From: Eledone cirrhosa
Taxonomy: Eukaryota
Length of the DNA: 64,000 nucleotides
NCBI GenBank assembly: GCA_964016885.1
Contig: OZ024741.1
Span: 299,956,001-300,020,000 of the forward strand
Direction: 5' to 3'
This document shows, in pieces, positions 1-12,989 of this stretch. The notes under the pieces are model-generated. The model was not told the DNA's origin and searched no databases. It saw nothing but the letters and a program-made list of their open reading frames with translations. Position 1 is the first letter of the stretch. Each line of letters opens with the position of its first letter. The translations under genes and the position numbers were made by a program.

Positions 1-180
1 CTCTCTCTTGTGTCGTTATTTTAATTTTATCCTTTATACTCTTCCCTTCATTCTACACATCTCACACATCTTATACACACCACGCATCTCAACGTACACC
101 CATTTACATCTCTCTCTCCACCACCGGACCTTGTTACCCGGAGATTTACCCATTTGCATTGTCGAGGCTTCCAAACGATT

Positions 181-244
<64 letters not shown>

Positions 245-247
<3 letters not shown>

Positions 248-1596
248 CAGGAAAGAAGGTTGACATGGTTTGCTATACAAAAAAGGTTTTTAATCTCATA
301 GCTGACAATTGTTTCTCTGAACTAGTAGGTCTAGAGATCGCTATTCGCTTGTTTTCACGTTACTCGATCGCCAATACAAAATTATAACCAGTCAGTTCTT
401 CGGAGCGTGCGAGAATGAAGAGAATATACAGGCATGAAAAGAATATACAGGCTACTATATGAAGTAGTAATGGCATTCAATTAGAACAATAACAACAATT
501 ACAACAATACTATTAATAAATTATTTGAGGAGACCCTGACATTACTTAGGTGGGGAGTATAGTGTATCTAAGATTTCGGCGTATAAAACTAGCTGACATG
601 AAGCAGAAGTAAAAGTTTGGCATGTACAGATTATCGTAGTGTGTATCAATTTTAAATTTTAAAGATAAGCTGGTGTTTACAGTCTTTCTTTTCATCTTCA
701 ATAACATACATGAGTGGGACAACACTGTCAAAGCTAAATAGTGGGCGAGTTAATACAGAGGTTAAGGAGGTAATATACACATATATTTAAACACACACAC
801 ACACACACACATACACACACACATATATATATATATATACACACATGCATGTGTACATAGACACATACATACACATCAATATACACTCGTACAAAAAGAT
901 ACATACATGCAAAGAGATAAGCGTGCTAATTGTAATTATAGCAAAAGGAAGGTAAAGTTACATTGCAGAAGTGATTTGAGAAAAACTTGGATTTAGGATC
1001 AAATGATGACAGCAGCTGAGAAGGAATAAGTTTGTGGGTTGATGAGGTACTTACAGACATTTGTGTGGTATAGACCTGTGAAGGCTAGAGTGTACTTAAT
1101 GAGTATATTTCTGTGGTGATTTATGCAGGGCAGAGGGTATCCTAATTTAAAGCTATGTTGTGTTGGTTCGATTCACGGAGGTTGGAATCTTATGAATTTA
1201 GTTGCAATTCTATGTCTGCAGAAGATAGATCTTTCTAACTTATTGTTAACTAGCCTTTTTACATTTTTGAGGATATACATTAGTTCTAGATCACATAGCC
1301 CGCGGTGGGACATACCTGTACTATAGGTTTTAGCAGCCGACAACTTCGACCAGTTAATACTGTAGTTAGTGCTGCTGCTTCAGTTCCCATATTTTTTTGG
1401 CGAGGGTTGGGGAACCCATAAGTGCACGGTTTTTCATTGAGTGCCTGTGCACATACCATCTTTTTTTAAAAGAACCCGCGGTGGATCCTATGTAACTATG
1501 TAATTCCAGGTGGAGTTATCCGAGATGACCGTGCACATGTATACTATAACTGGACTATACCTAAGTGGACTGCATCTAACTAGTATTTGTTACCCC
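245..1596 (-). mobile_element. 5'-truncated Penelope-like element (Naiad-like): decayed GIY-YIG C-terminus (~1140-1590) plus 3' UTR ending in a hammerhead
   Basis: Minus strand reads ...YIGSTAGSFKKRWYVHRHSMKNRA..., homologous to ORF 15579-15944 (YIGSAAGVLKNRWYIQRHSMKNRA). 3' part is homologous to 13200-13800. Flanked by (TA)n on both sides. Confidence 0.8.
301..406 (-). ncRNA. Type I hammerhead-like motif with long stem II insertion
   Basis: gct CCGAAGA a-ctgactggt...actagttcag-a GAAAC aatt GTC agc. Stem I gct/agc, palindromic stem III ACAATTGT, U4C core change. Confidence 0.7.
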
Positions 1597-2944
<1,348 letters not shown>

Positions 2945-3009
2945 TGTATATATATATATATTATAAAATAACAGCAGGCTGGACTGATGTTCCTTAAAAA
3001 GGCTTATTA

Positions 3010-3065
3010 TACTATGATCATTTCAATGACCGGGTTCGATATGAATCCGGTGACATCATCAGGTA
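3010..3065 (-). ncRNA. Type I hammerhead ribozyme
   Basis: tac CTGATGA tgtc-accgg-attc-atatc-gaac-ccggt-catt GAA ATGATCAT A gta. Palindromic stem III, AUA cleavage triplet. Confidence 0.75.
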
Positions 3066-3224
3066 TTCGAAATATAACAAAGGAATATAATAGACAAAAT
3101 CCATGGGCCTGAAAAGCAGAGACATGGGGGCGGCCGAAAATATAGCAGCTTCTAGCCCGGTCAACCGCTCTCTATATATATATGTAAGTGTTGGTGCTCT
3201 GAAATAGCGATGTATACATGAATG

Positions 3225-3604
<380 letters not shown>

Positions 3605-3608
3605 TGTA

Positions 3609-3643
<35 letters not shown>

Positions 3644-6289
3644 GTTTGTGTGTGTATTTAACTGAAAGATACGAAATTCGATTTGCCTGGCCACTTTTTT
3701 CCCTTCTGATTATTCCTACTTTATTTCCTTCTGATTTTGTAATCTATCATGCTTAGTAACCGATTGTATTTACAGATAATATCTCCGTCTGAGTTTCCGA
3801 CATTTTCTATATATCTAATACATAGATAGGTATGTAGTTTTGTATATCCTGGGTGATTTAGTCTATGCAGACTCGAATTTTAGTTCATAAATTACGACTC
3901 CAATGTTTTGAAAATGCTATTTTTATGAGAAAAGTAAAATATTGTAGAATCGCACCAACTTGTAACCCTGGTTTATTTATTTGGAGTATTCATCATTAGG
4001 AATCAAACAAATTATATATGATAGGAAACTAAAACTTGAGGTATTTAATTATATCAATTTAAACCCTACCTTAGCTGGGAGATACAATTCAATGTTCCGA
4101 TGCCAATATAACGATTTACAGTCAGATACTCGAGTCAAAGGAAAAAAGGGTAATACTCTCAATCAGGTTATGTGATACAAATGAAGATATAGCTAGTCTT
4201 TATTGGTTCAAGGACACATTTTACCACTGGTTCTTGTTTGGCGATCTCAGCGGAGTATGAAAAGCATAGTCGACTTTCTTAGGAAATTGTCTCAAAATGA
4301 AGAAGACAAAATGAATAAAAGATAAATATATTAATGAAAGACGAAGCAGTTTCATTCAAAATCAGCCATCATCACCACAATTAATAGTTGAATACTTTTG
4401 AACGGCTTCGGGAGTTTCGAAACATATTTTATATTAATTTCAGATTAAATTGCGTGATTCTAAACAAACTCTTTCCTCATATATTATATCTCACAAATGA
4501 TTCGCTTGTCTGAAATATAAGGATATACGTTCAACGGTTTGAAAAGATAATTAAAAAATATATTCTCTGGAGTGTATAAAGATACCTTGTTGAGAGGACT
4601 TTATTGTGTATCTGAGCAGTGAAGTCTGATAATTTGTATTAATGCTCTGTCGTTTGGAAACATTGTGATGCGTAAAGTACAGGTTAATATAGGATTACTA
4701 GTTACAATAAAATCTGAAGTCTACAAAAGTGCTATTTGTATCTCTTTTTCTTATAATTGTTACTTTAATTATTATGTGGTGTGATAGAAACATACTCTGC
4801 TCTGGGTTAGAATCGTTATTAAATCTAATGGGTAAACCAGTTTCGTAACTATTTTCCATTGAATTTTATTCATTATTGAATCTTTGTTACTCATTTTTAA
4901 ACCACTCTAAATCTGATATCCGCCTCCTATCACACAATAATGCGAAGTGGTTTCTTAAGTATAACACTTCGTAGTGGAAAGAAATATTTTGTTATATTAA
5001 TGCTCTACTTAAGAAGTGGATTCGACATGTCCACATGTTTACGATCTTCACTTTTAATCATGAGGCCTTGGATTCAGTACCATGGCGTGGAATGTTGGGC
5101 AACTGGCTATTATGACAATTTCTGGTCGAGTCAAGAATTGAATAGGTTGAATGCGAGGAAGTCTGCCAGACGTATTGTACTGCTAATTCAAACGACCAAC
5201 AGTGTTATACACTATTTACGTTTAATTCAATCTGAGAATTATATTAGAGGTACGCGTATATGAGGTGTACTCAATCATTGAAACATGAATTCAAGCGAGC
5301 TCGTTTTTTACTTAACCGAAAAACTGAATTCTCATTGTCAAATGCTACTAAGATCTATTTACGTAGGAAATATTAAGATTGGAAATGGAATTAATCCATT
5401 TCACTTTGGAATTGAAAGTTATAATCCGACACAGTTTGACAAATGACTATCTTGCTCTCTTTACCAGTGACAAAAGATTCTAATTAATAAGAATATTTGT
5501 GCATATCCGGTATATAAATCAATATCAAATTATTGAAATTCAAGTGTCGGCATTTTTCAGTCTTACATTACTGTGATGAAGCCGAGCTATAGAAAACGTA
5601 ATCCAGTCTTGAAACTTTCCATACATGTTCTATTATCATGTAACCTGAACTCCATTATAAATAGAGCAAATCTCCTTTTTTAAACACAGTAAAGTGATAT
5701 AAGAGAGAAATTTGAAAGCCATATTCCAGCTCTTGAGGCGACTACAAAACTTGAATCTTTGTTGAAACTGAAATAAGTATGATCACTAGTATACCTAGTT
5801 TATTCATAAACAGTACCAGTTAAGAGATTTTCGAGAATATATAGCGTATATATCGCCTAAAAGTACAAGGATAAGCATGAATTTTCTTCGTATTATATAT
5901 TTATGACAAATTTATCATAGAATATAATAGGCGGTTCACTAATAATTTAATTTATATTGTACCACCTTAAAGATTGTCACAGTTGCGACAATTGTTTTGA
6001 ATCCTCGGCTTAAATATGTTATTTTGTATTGCCTTCAGTAGTACAACACATATTTAATATTGTATTCTATAATATATCCGATTAATGCATTATAAAATAC
6101 AATAGCACATTTGCCATGCATAATTAATCGATATATTGTGTCCTATTGATACATATGAATATATAAATGTGTATGTATATATATATATATATATATATAA
6201 GAGAAATAGGATTTCGCTTCAAGCATAGCTTTATACAATATGTATAAATATTTCGTATCTCCATCGAAATACAGTTTTAGGAAGCCGTA

Positions 6290-6369
<80 letters not shown>

Positions 6370-6759
6370 GCATAAGCATAAATTACTATCTTCCAGAAGT
6401 CATTTTCTTCCCCTATCCATCTATCTTTCTCTTTCTCTCTCTCTTTCTTATATATGTGCATACATACACGCATAGAAACGCGGCGGGGATTTCAATTGCA
6501 TCTATGGATATATGCGTATTCGGACTTGAAAATCAGGGATAACCATATAGCAGTGTCGCCATTGGGATACCTCAATATAGAATGAATTAATTAAATGCTA
6601 CACATTGAGTACCCTTTTTAGCACAATTATATATCTATATACATATATATATATATATATGTTCGCACACCAGTACACAGTTTGACATATTTTAATACTT
6701 GTAAACTTCGTACGTAAATGTGATAAATGTTCTTAAAAGAATTATTATGTTTAGTTTAG

Positions 6760-7530
6760 AACCATGTCAGAGAAGTTACCAATAGATGAACGTGTTGAAG
6801 TTATCGTTTTGTGTGGTACAGTTGGAAATTGTAATTGATCGGTTGCACTTCCGAAAGAACGCCTATTGGTCGTTTAACATTAGGAAGATTGTTAAAAATG
6901 GTTAAAGAAGGTGGAAGTGTCCATGATCAACAGCGTAGTTTTAGAACAAGGATAGCAACACATGAAGGAACTACCTTTGCTGTACTTACACATATTCAAC
7001 GGATCCCCCAAAAACCAACAGGACAACTATGGCAAGAAACTGGTGTCAGAAGACGTTCGATTCAGGGTATTTTAGAAATGCATGTTTCCATTAGTATACA
7101 ATCAATTTAGTTCAGGAGTTACATGACAATGACAGAGAGCAGAAAATGGAATTCTGTTATTGGATCCTTTCTAAAGCGCAAAAACTGTATTTCATCTTAA
7201 GAGATCGGCGAAAAAGCGTAATGCCCTGTATTGATCAGATTAAATAATAATTGGACCCTACTTCTTCGATAGTGTAGTGAATCGTGGATCATATTGACGA
7301 ATGTTCGAATCTTTTTTGAAGTCTCTACTAAATAAAATGATTGCTGAAGAAAGAGTTCGCACATGATTTCATAATAACAGTTTCATATCCCTCTAGCAAT
7401 ATTCTACTATCGTAAAAACGGAAGGAAATCATGGACATTGTTGTGCCTAGATATCCGAGAAAGTGGAATGGATATGATTGGAACTCTTTTAATAATTGTC
7501 CTCCCAAATCAGAATTGACTCTGCGGCTAA
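6760..7530 (+). pseudogene. Heavily decayed Tc1/mariner-like transposase
   Basis: Fragments MSEKLPIDERVEVIVLCG, an HTH-like stretch in ORF 6835-7110, IGPYFFD and PPKSELT, with many frameshifts. TIRs not recognised. Confidence 0.55.
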
Positions 7531-9037
7531 TAATACAAGTATTAACTGCATTTACTATGCTTTTGGACCCCCCCCCCCCCCACTTCCTGTATTTCTGTAA
7601 TAATTTCAGTTCTAAATTTATTTTCATTTTTAAAATTATAATTTTATCCTTCACTCTTGTTTTTCTTATATTTTTTCCATTCAAAATGTTATTCCATTTA
7701 CAATCGGTTTGCTTCTGGTACGTACGTTTCCTGTTAGCAAGTGTTATATTTGCCAAGAAACAAAAATAAAATATAAAATAAAATTGGCCAAGGAATCTAG
7801 TGTTGGTTAATAACGGTCCTAATGTTTTTCATGCGCCATGATAAGTGAATTCGGAGGTTTTTGTTCAGTTCTTCGTAAGAAAAGAAATACACAACCCAGA
7901 GTTGATTTTGACAAGAAGAATAATTATTGATAGCGTTTAGGCTCTGTGGAAGTTGGATAGAAGATTAATGTTATACATGGCAACAACAAAACGTTGAAGA
8001 TAGATAAATGAAGATAAGTATGATATATAATTGGAAATAGATTCAGAATGTGTGAAGCAATCTAAATACCTCAAAAAAAGAAATAAATACAATGTGTGAT
8101 GCAATGATATTAACAGAGCTAGAAATATTAGGTAATCTTATACACACAGGAAGAGATGGAGATATGTATAAAGAAAGAGAAAGAGGAATGATGATAGTTC
8201 TTGATAACATTTTCCGGATTGATGAAATATGGCACAAGGACATATAATTCAAAAGCTTGAAACTGAGGACAGGGTTATGATAATAACCGTTTCTCAGGAA
8301 GAAATGTACGCGGAAGAAATGTATGCGTTCGCCACTTATGTCCAATAATTCAGGGACTGACTAATTTGACCGTTACCAAACCGGACCTTGAGCAAGTTGA
8401 CTGGTCCATTCATCCAGCCTCCCATTACATTCTTTAACGACATGGTCTTCCAGTGCTAAACTGCAAACCTACCTATTTTTCCGGTTTAATCTTTGGTCCT
8501 GTCAAAATATATTTAAAAATACTATCATAGCCCAAAACTGCGTTGATTTTCAAGATCCTTTCGACTTCTCGTTGTCTAATTGATATTGTCATTCACTGAT
8601 AGACTACTGCTAGTGCATACAAATTCTTGTTTTTGTTTGTGTTATTTTTATTTTTATTTTTATTGTTGTGTTGGCAGCGTTATCAGCTGTTTACAATGCT
8701 AGAAATAACCTTATAATTGTGTTGTTTCGCGTGATTTACATTTGGTGCTGTTACTGTTGTGGTCTTATGAAGTGCTTGAACTTTGGTTGTTTCACATAGT
8801 GGAAAGCTGGATGTTCTCTGCAGATGAAATATTTCAAAATGCTTTTTCTTTTTACTAAAACAAAATAAGAGATACATTCGTCAATTACACAGATTTTGCC
8901 ATTGTGGGCTGAAATTACAGGGATGCCAGCACACACAAACAAAACACGTTTTAAAAACACGTAAATATATGAAGAGGTCACAAGCAAATGTGTACGAGCT
9001 GTTTCGTTCAGCGTTAACAACAATATTATTATTGGCA

Positions 9038-9200
9038 GTGTCAGTAGAGCGTCAGATGCCATGCTTTGTAGCATAGAGTTATGAACCTTTACTTTCTGAG
9101 ATCAAATCCCGCCGGTGGTCGATAAAATAAAGCACCAGTAATGCACTGGGGCCGGTATAATCGACTTTCCCCCCCAAACATAATTGCTGGTCTTCTGCCT
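9038..9200 (+). mobile_element. tRNA-derived SINE, internally deleted copy
   Basis: ctgagatcaaatcccgcc (B-box-like) ... gtcgataaaataaagcaccagtaatg, matching the 39390-39560 copy. Confidence 0.75.
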
Positions 9201-9209
9201 ATAGTAGAT

Positions 9210-9975
9210 ATTATTATTATTATTATAGAGTGCAACAATTAAAGGATACGAGAGCAGATTTAGCCAGTATAGACAAAACCGCATGTTCCATAACAGATCT
9301 CATTTGAACAGCTTGAAGGGAAAAAAGAGGGAACGATGATATTTCTGTGACTGAAAAGACCAACATATTTTGGAAAGGTATATGGGACCAGTATGTTGAG
9401 GATAATGATCGCGCAGAATGGATTGAGACTGTTAAAAATGAGATTAATGAACAAACACACCAACAATCGGATTTGATTATCTTGGTTGAAATCCTCACAA
9501 TGCAGGCCAATAAATTAACCTACTAGAAATTACGTGGGCCGGATGGTACGTAAGGTTATTGGATTAAAAATATAACGTCTCTCCACTCGATAATGACGGC
9601 CATGTTCAATGACAGCTTGATGTTGGGTGAAATACTGCAGTGGTTGACAAAAGGTACCATGGTTCTAATAATGAAACATCAAGCCGAGGAAAACGACATT
9701 TCCAACTATAAGCTTATCACATATCTGTTCTTGATGTGAAAATTGCTAACAAGCAATATGTCTGAGGAAACCTACCCCCAAATCCTTATAAACAACTTAT
9801 TGTCGGATGAACGGAAAGGATGAGGAAAGATGCCCCATAGTTAACAAGATCAGTAACTCATTGACAAGATGGTAATAAGGAACTGTAAGAAGATACATAC
9901 TGGTCTTACCATTGGATGGATAGATTTCAAGAAGGCATTTGACATGGTTCCTCATTCTTGGATATCATCAGACTG
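9210..9975 (+). pseudogene. Non-LTR retrotransposon RT fragment (R4/Dong-like)
   Basis: Decayed frames give GPDG, NYKLIT and WIDFKKAFDMVPHSWI. Confidence 0.75.
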
Positions 9976-10147
9976 TTATTATATAATATCATGAAGCCCT
10001 GGGAGTAGAGAGCTAAAATCGGGGGAAGAATACTTGGGATGAGTGAAAAGGAAGTGAGGTATCTTCCAATGAGATAGTATATCCCCTTTATTGTTTGAGT
10101 TTACCAACATAGACTTGTCCCTCGTATTGTGAAGAGTGAAGGCAGGA

Positions 10148-10148
<1 letters not shown>

Positions 10149-10178
<30 letters not shown>

Positions 10179-10255
10179 AAGAAGAAGAAGAAGAAGAAGA
10201 AGAAGAAGAAGAAGAAGAAGAAGAAGAAGAAGAAGAAGAAGAAGAAGAAGAAGAG
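10149..10255. repeat. (GAA)n microsatellite
   Basis: Directly visible. A second (GAA)n lies at about 21166-21218. Confidence 0.98.
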
Positions 10256-11034
10256 CTTTTTTTACAAATTAACGATGTTGTAATATCCATTACGACAACA
10301 GCTTTTGTTTCAAAATCCCTGCAATATGTCAGATTTTATTGTTCTTTATTTGTCCTTTGAGACTCTCGACTGGTGCATAAATGAAGGATCTATTATGCAG
10401 TAGTTAAAACATAAGGACAATGCCACTAGGATTAGTCTGACATTTTTATTTATATTATTCAATGAAACGTTTTTTAAATATGTTAATGCCAGTTGCACAA
10501 CGAAAATAGTGACAGGTTATAAATCATCAATACCATTTAAAAAGAAAGAAAACCAACTTTTGTACAGTAAACAAAACTGCTTCAAACGTGTCTGGTAAAG
10601 AGAAAATTATTCGAAAGCTTTGGGCAGATTCCGTAATCTACATCTTGGTTGGTTGGATTTGTAACCCTGTTAGGGCCTCACGCAGAGGCAGAGAATTTGA
10701 CCCCTCAAGATACATACTACACTATCTGCCGATGCATGCATTTCTATACGTGACATCGTATTTACAATGAAGGGCTTAAATCAGAGAATGTGTTGCTGTT
10801 TGAATGTATCAGAATTTGTAAAAGAGATGTATCTGAATATCTATGAGCTCAACAGAAACCTGAAAGATAGATTGTCTCCTTCATTCCCTTACCTCTGTTC
10901 TTGATTTTCTGCCATAAAATCTATCTTTCTCTACATATTCCCCCGTCTCCTATTACTGTTTGTTTTATATTTACTTTCAATTTATGTTTACATTTCTCAT
11001 GCCTAATGTGAAATGGAGCAAAAATGTATATATG

Positions 11035-11095
<61 letters not shown>

Positions 11096-11220
11096 ATGTA
11101 TATATAATGTATTTTGCAATACACTTTATGCTTAATTAAAAGCATTTTGAAGACCGTAAGCTATTGTTTTAAAGTAGTGACAAATTCACTCACTTTGATC
11201 TCAGCAAACAGGGGAGATAA

Positions 11221-11262
11221 GCCGACATGACATGTTTCGCTTTTGTTGAAGCTTATCAAGGC
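11221..11262 (-). ncRNA. Type I hammerhead, U3-A8 variant
   Basis: gcc TTGATAA gctt caacaa aagc GAAAC atgtcat GTC ggc. Confidence 0.85.
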
Positions 11263-11680
11263 CAACTACCCCGCCTGTCTACTGAGATCAATGATGTGAT
11301 ATTCTTATAGAAATCTAGTAAATAATCAGGAGCTGATTATGTAGAGCGGTTGTTGGTCAGGCATAAATTAAAAATTAGAATTGGAGCTCTGAAATAGCAA
11401 TATATATATGGATGTATATTTGCAGAGATCAAAGTGAGTGAATTTGTAACTACTTTAAAACAATAGCTTACGGTCTTCAAAATGCTTTTAATTAAGCATA
11501 AAGTGTAGTGCAAAATACATTATATATACATCCATATATATATTGCTATTTCAGAGCTCCAATTCTAATTTTTAATTTCTGCCTGACCAACAACCGCTCT
11601 GCATAATCAGCTCCTGATTATTTACTAGATTTCTATAAGAATATAACATCATTGATCTCAGTAGACAGGCGCGTTAGTTG

Positions 11681-11722
11681 GCCTTGATAAGCTTCAACAA
11701 AAGCGAAACATGTCATGTCGGC
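11681..11722 (+). ncRNA. Type I hammerhead, U3-A8 variant
   Basis: Same motif as 11221. Distal stem I extension ttgatctcagtagacagg / cctgttt(t/g)ctgagatcaa. Confidence 0.85.
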
Positions 11723-11996
11723 TTATCTCCCCTGTTTTCTGAGATCAAAGTGAGTGAATTTGTCACTACTTTAAAACAATAGCTTACGGTCTTTAAAATG
11801 CTTTTAATTAAGCATAAAGTGTAGTGCAAAATACATTATATATACATCCATATATATATTGCTATTTCAGAGCTCCAATTCTAATTTTTAATTTCTGCCT
11901 GACCAACAACCGCTCTGCATAATCAGCTCCTGATTATTTACTAGATTTCTATAGGAATATAACATCATTGATCTCAGTAGACAGGCGCGTTAGTTG

Positions 11997-12038
11997 GCCT
12001 TGATAAGCTTCAACAAAAGCGAAACATATCATGTCGGC
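11997..12038 (+). ncRNA. Type I hammerhead, U3-A8 variant
   Basis: Same motif with one change in loop III (atatcat). Confidence 0.85.
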
Positions 12039-12194
12039 TTATCTCCCCTGTTTGCTGAGATCAAAGTGAGTGAATTTGTCACTACTTTAAAACAATAGCT
12101 TACGGTTTTCAAAATGCTTTTAATTAAGCATAAAGTGTATTGCAAAATACATTATATATACATCCATATATATATTGGTATTTCAGAGCTCCAA

Positions 12195-12248
<54 letters not shown>

Positions 12249-12335
12249 TATGTAATGTAATAGGTAAATATTTAAATTATATATTTTTTATGTATTTAAA
12301 AAAATTGTTTGAATCTTGTTTGCTCCGCTTATCTC

Positions 12336-12396
<61 letters not shown>

Positions 12397-12533
12397 TGTA
12401 TGCATAGTATATTTGGTAATATACCGTATGTTTAATTAATAACATGTTCAAAACATGTTCAAGACCTTACAATATCATTTTAAAGTAGTGAATATGTCAC
12501 CTACTTCTTTTTTCAGCAAAGGAAGGGAGAGAA

Positions 12534-12574
12534 GCAGAGAGATTCTGTTTCATACTGTTGATGTTCCTCAGAGC
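12534..12574 (-). ncRNA. Degenerate hammerhead in a diverged relative (~12420-12705) of the 316-bp unit
   Basis: gct CTGAGGA acat-caac-agtat GAAAC agaatct CTC tgc. Several stem mismatches, but distal helix ttttcggcagagg/cctttgctgaaaa is retained. Confidence 0.55.
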
Positions 12575-12989
12575 AACGTACCCGCCAACCTCTGCCGAAA
12601 ATTTTAGAGGCTGGATTCTTATAGAATTCCAGTAATAATCGGGAACTGATTATACAGAGCTTTACTGAGAAAAGAAGTAAGTGACATAGTCACTACTATA
12701 AAAGGAATCCAGGAAAAACTTGAACCGTTAAGGTATTTTTTATTGGTTATGTCAATATTTATAAAACAAACTTTGTATTTTATCTCATGAGAGCGTACCA
12801 AACTGTTGGTACCCTTGAAATGTATATAATAGAATAAATATGGTTTTATAAATATAGTTTCCCATTATTTAATATCATTGAATAGTATACTCTAGAAAAC
12901 CTGTCAAGTGCTCTGAATCAGTTATAAACATTTATATTTGTTGATCTACCAACAAATTGAATATCCCTTTTGCTTATATATATATATAT

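Larger units (their letters stand above)
11088..12200. mobile_element. Retrozyme-like / non-autonomous PLE array: 316-bp unit, ~1 inverted copy plus ~2.5 direct copies, each full unit with a hammerhead
   Basis: Minus copy ~11088-11418, plus copies ~11419-12200. Period 316 (11681 vs 11997). No ORF; (TA)n on both flanks. Confidence 0.85.

Noticed and set aside
3106-3147. CTGAAAA...GAAA ata TA on plus strand
   Set aside because: C3-A8 mismatch and no convincing stem II.
8465-8520. Possible 26-nt micro-exon on minus strand (tttgacag...gtaggt); other splice-like sites near 21854 and 57196
   Set aside because: Splice-like signals are common by chance, and no coherent exon chain or homology was found.
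11419-12200. CRISPR-like array
   Set aside because: Whole 316-bp units repeat with no unique spacers, in a eukaryotic context with no cas genes.
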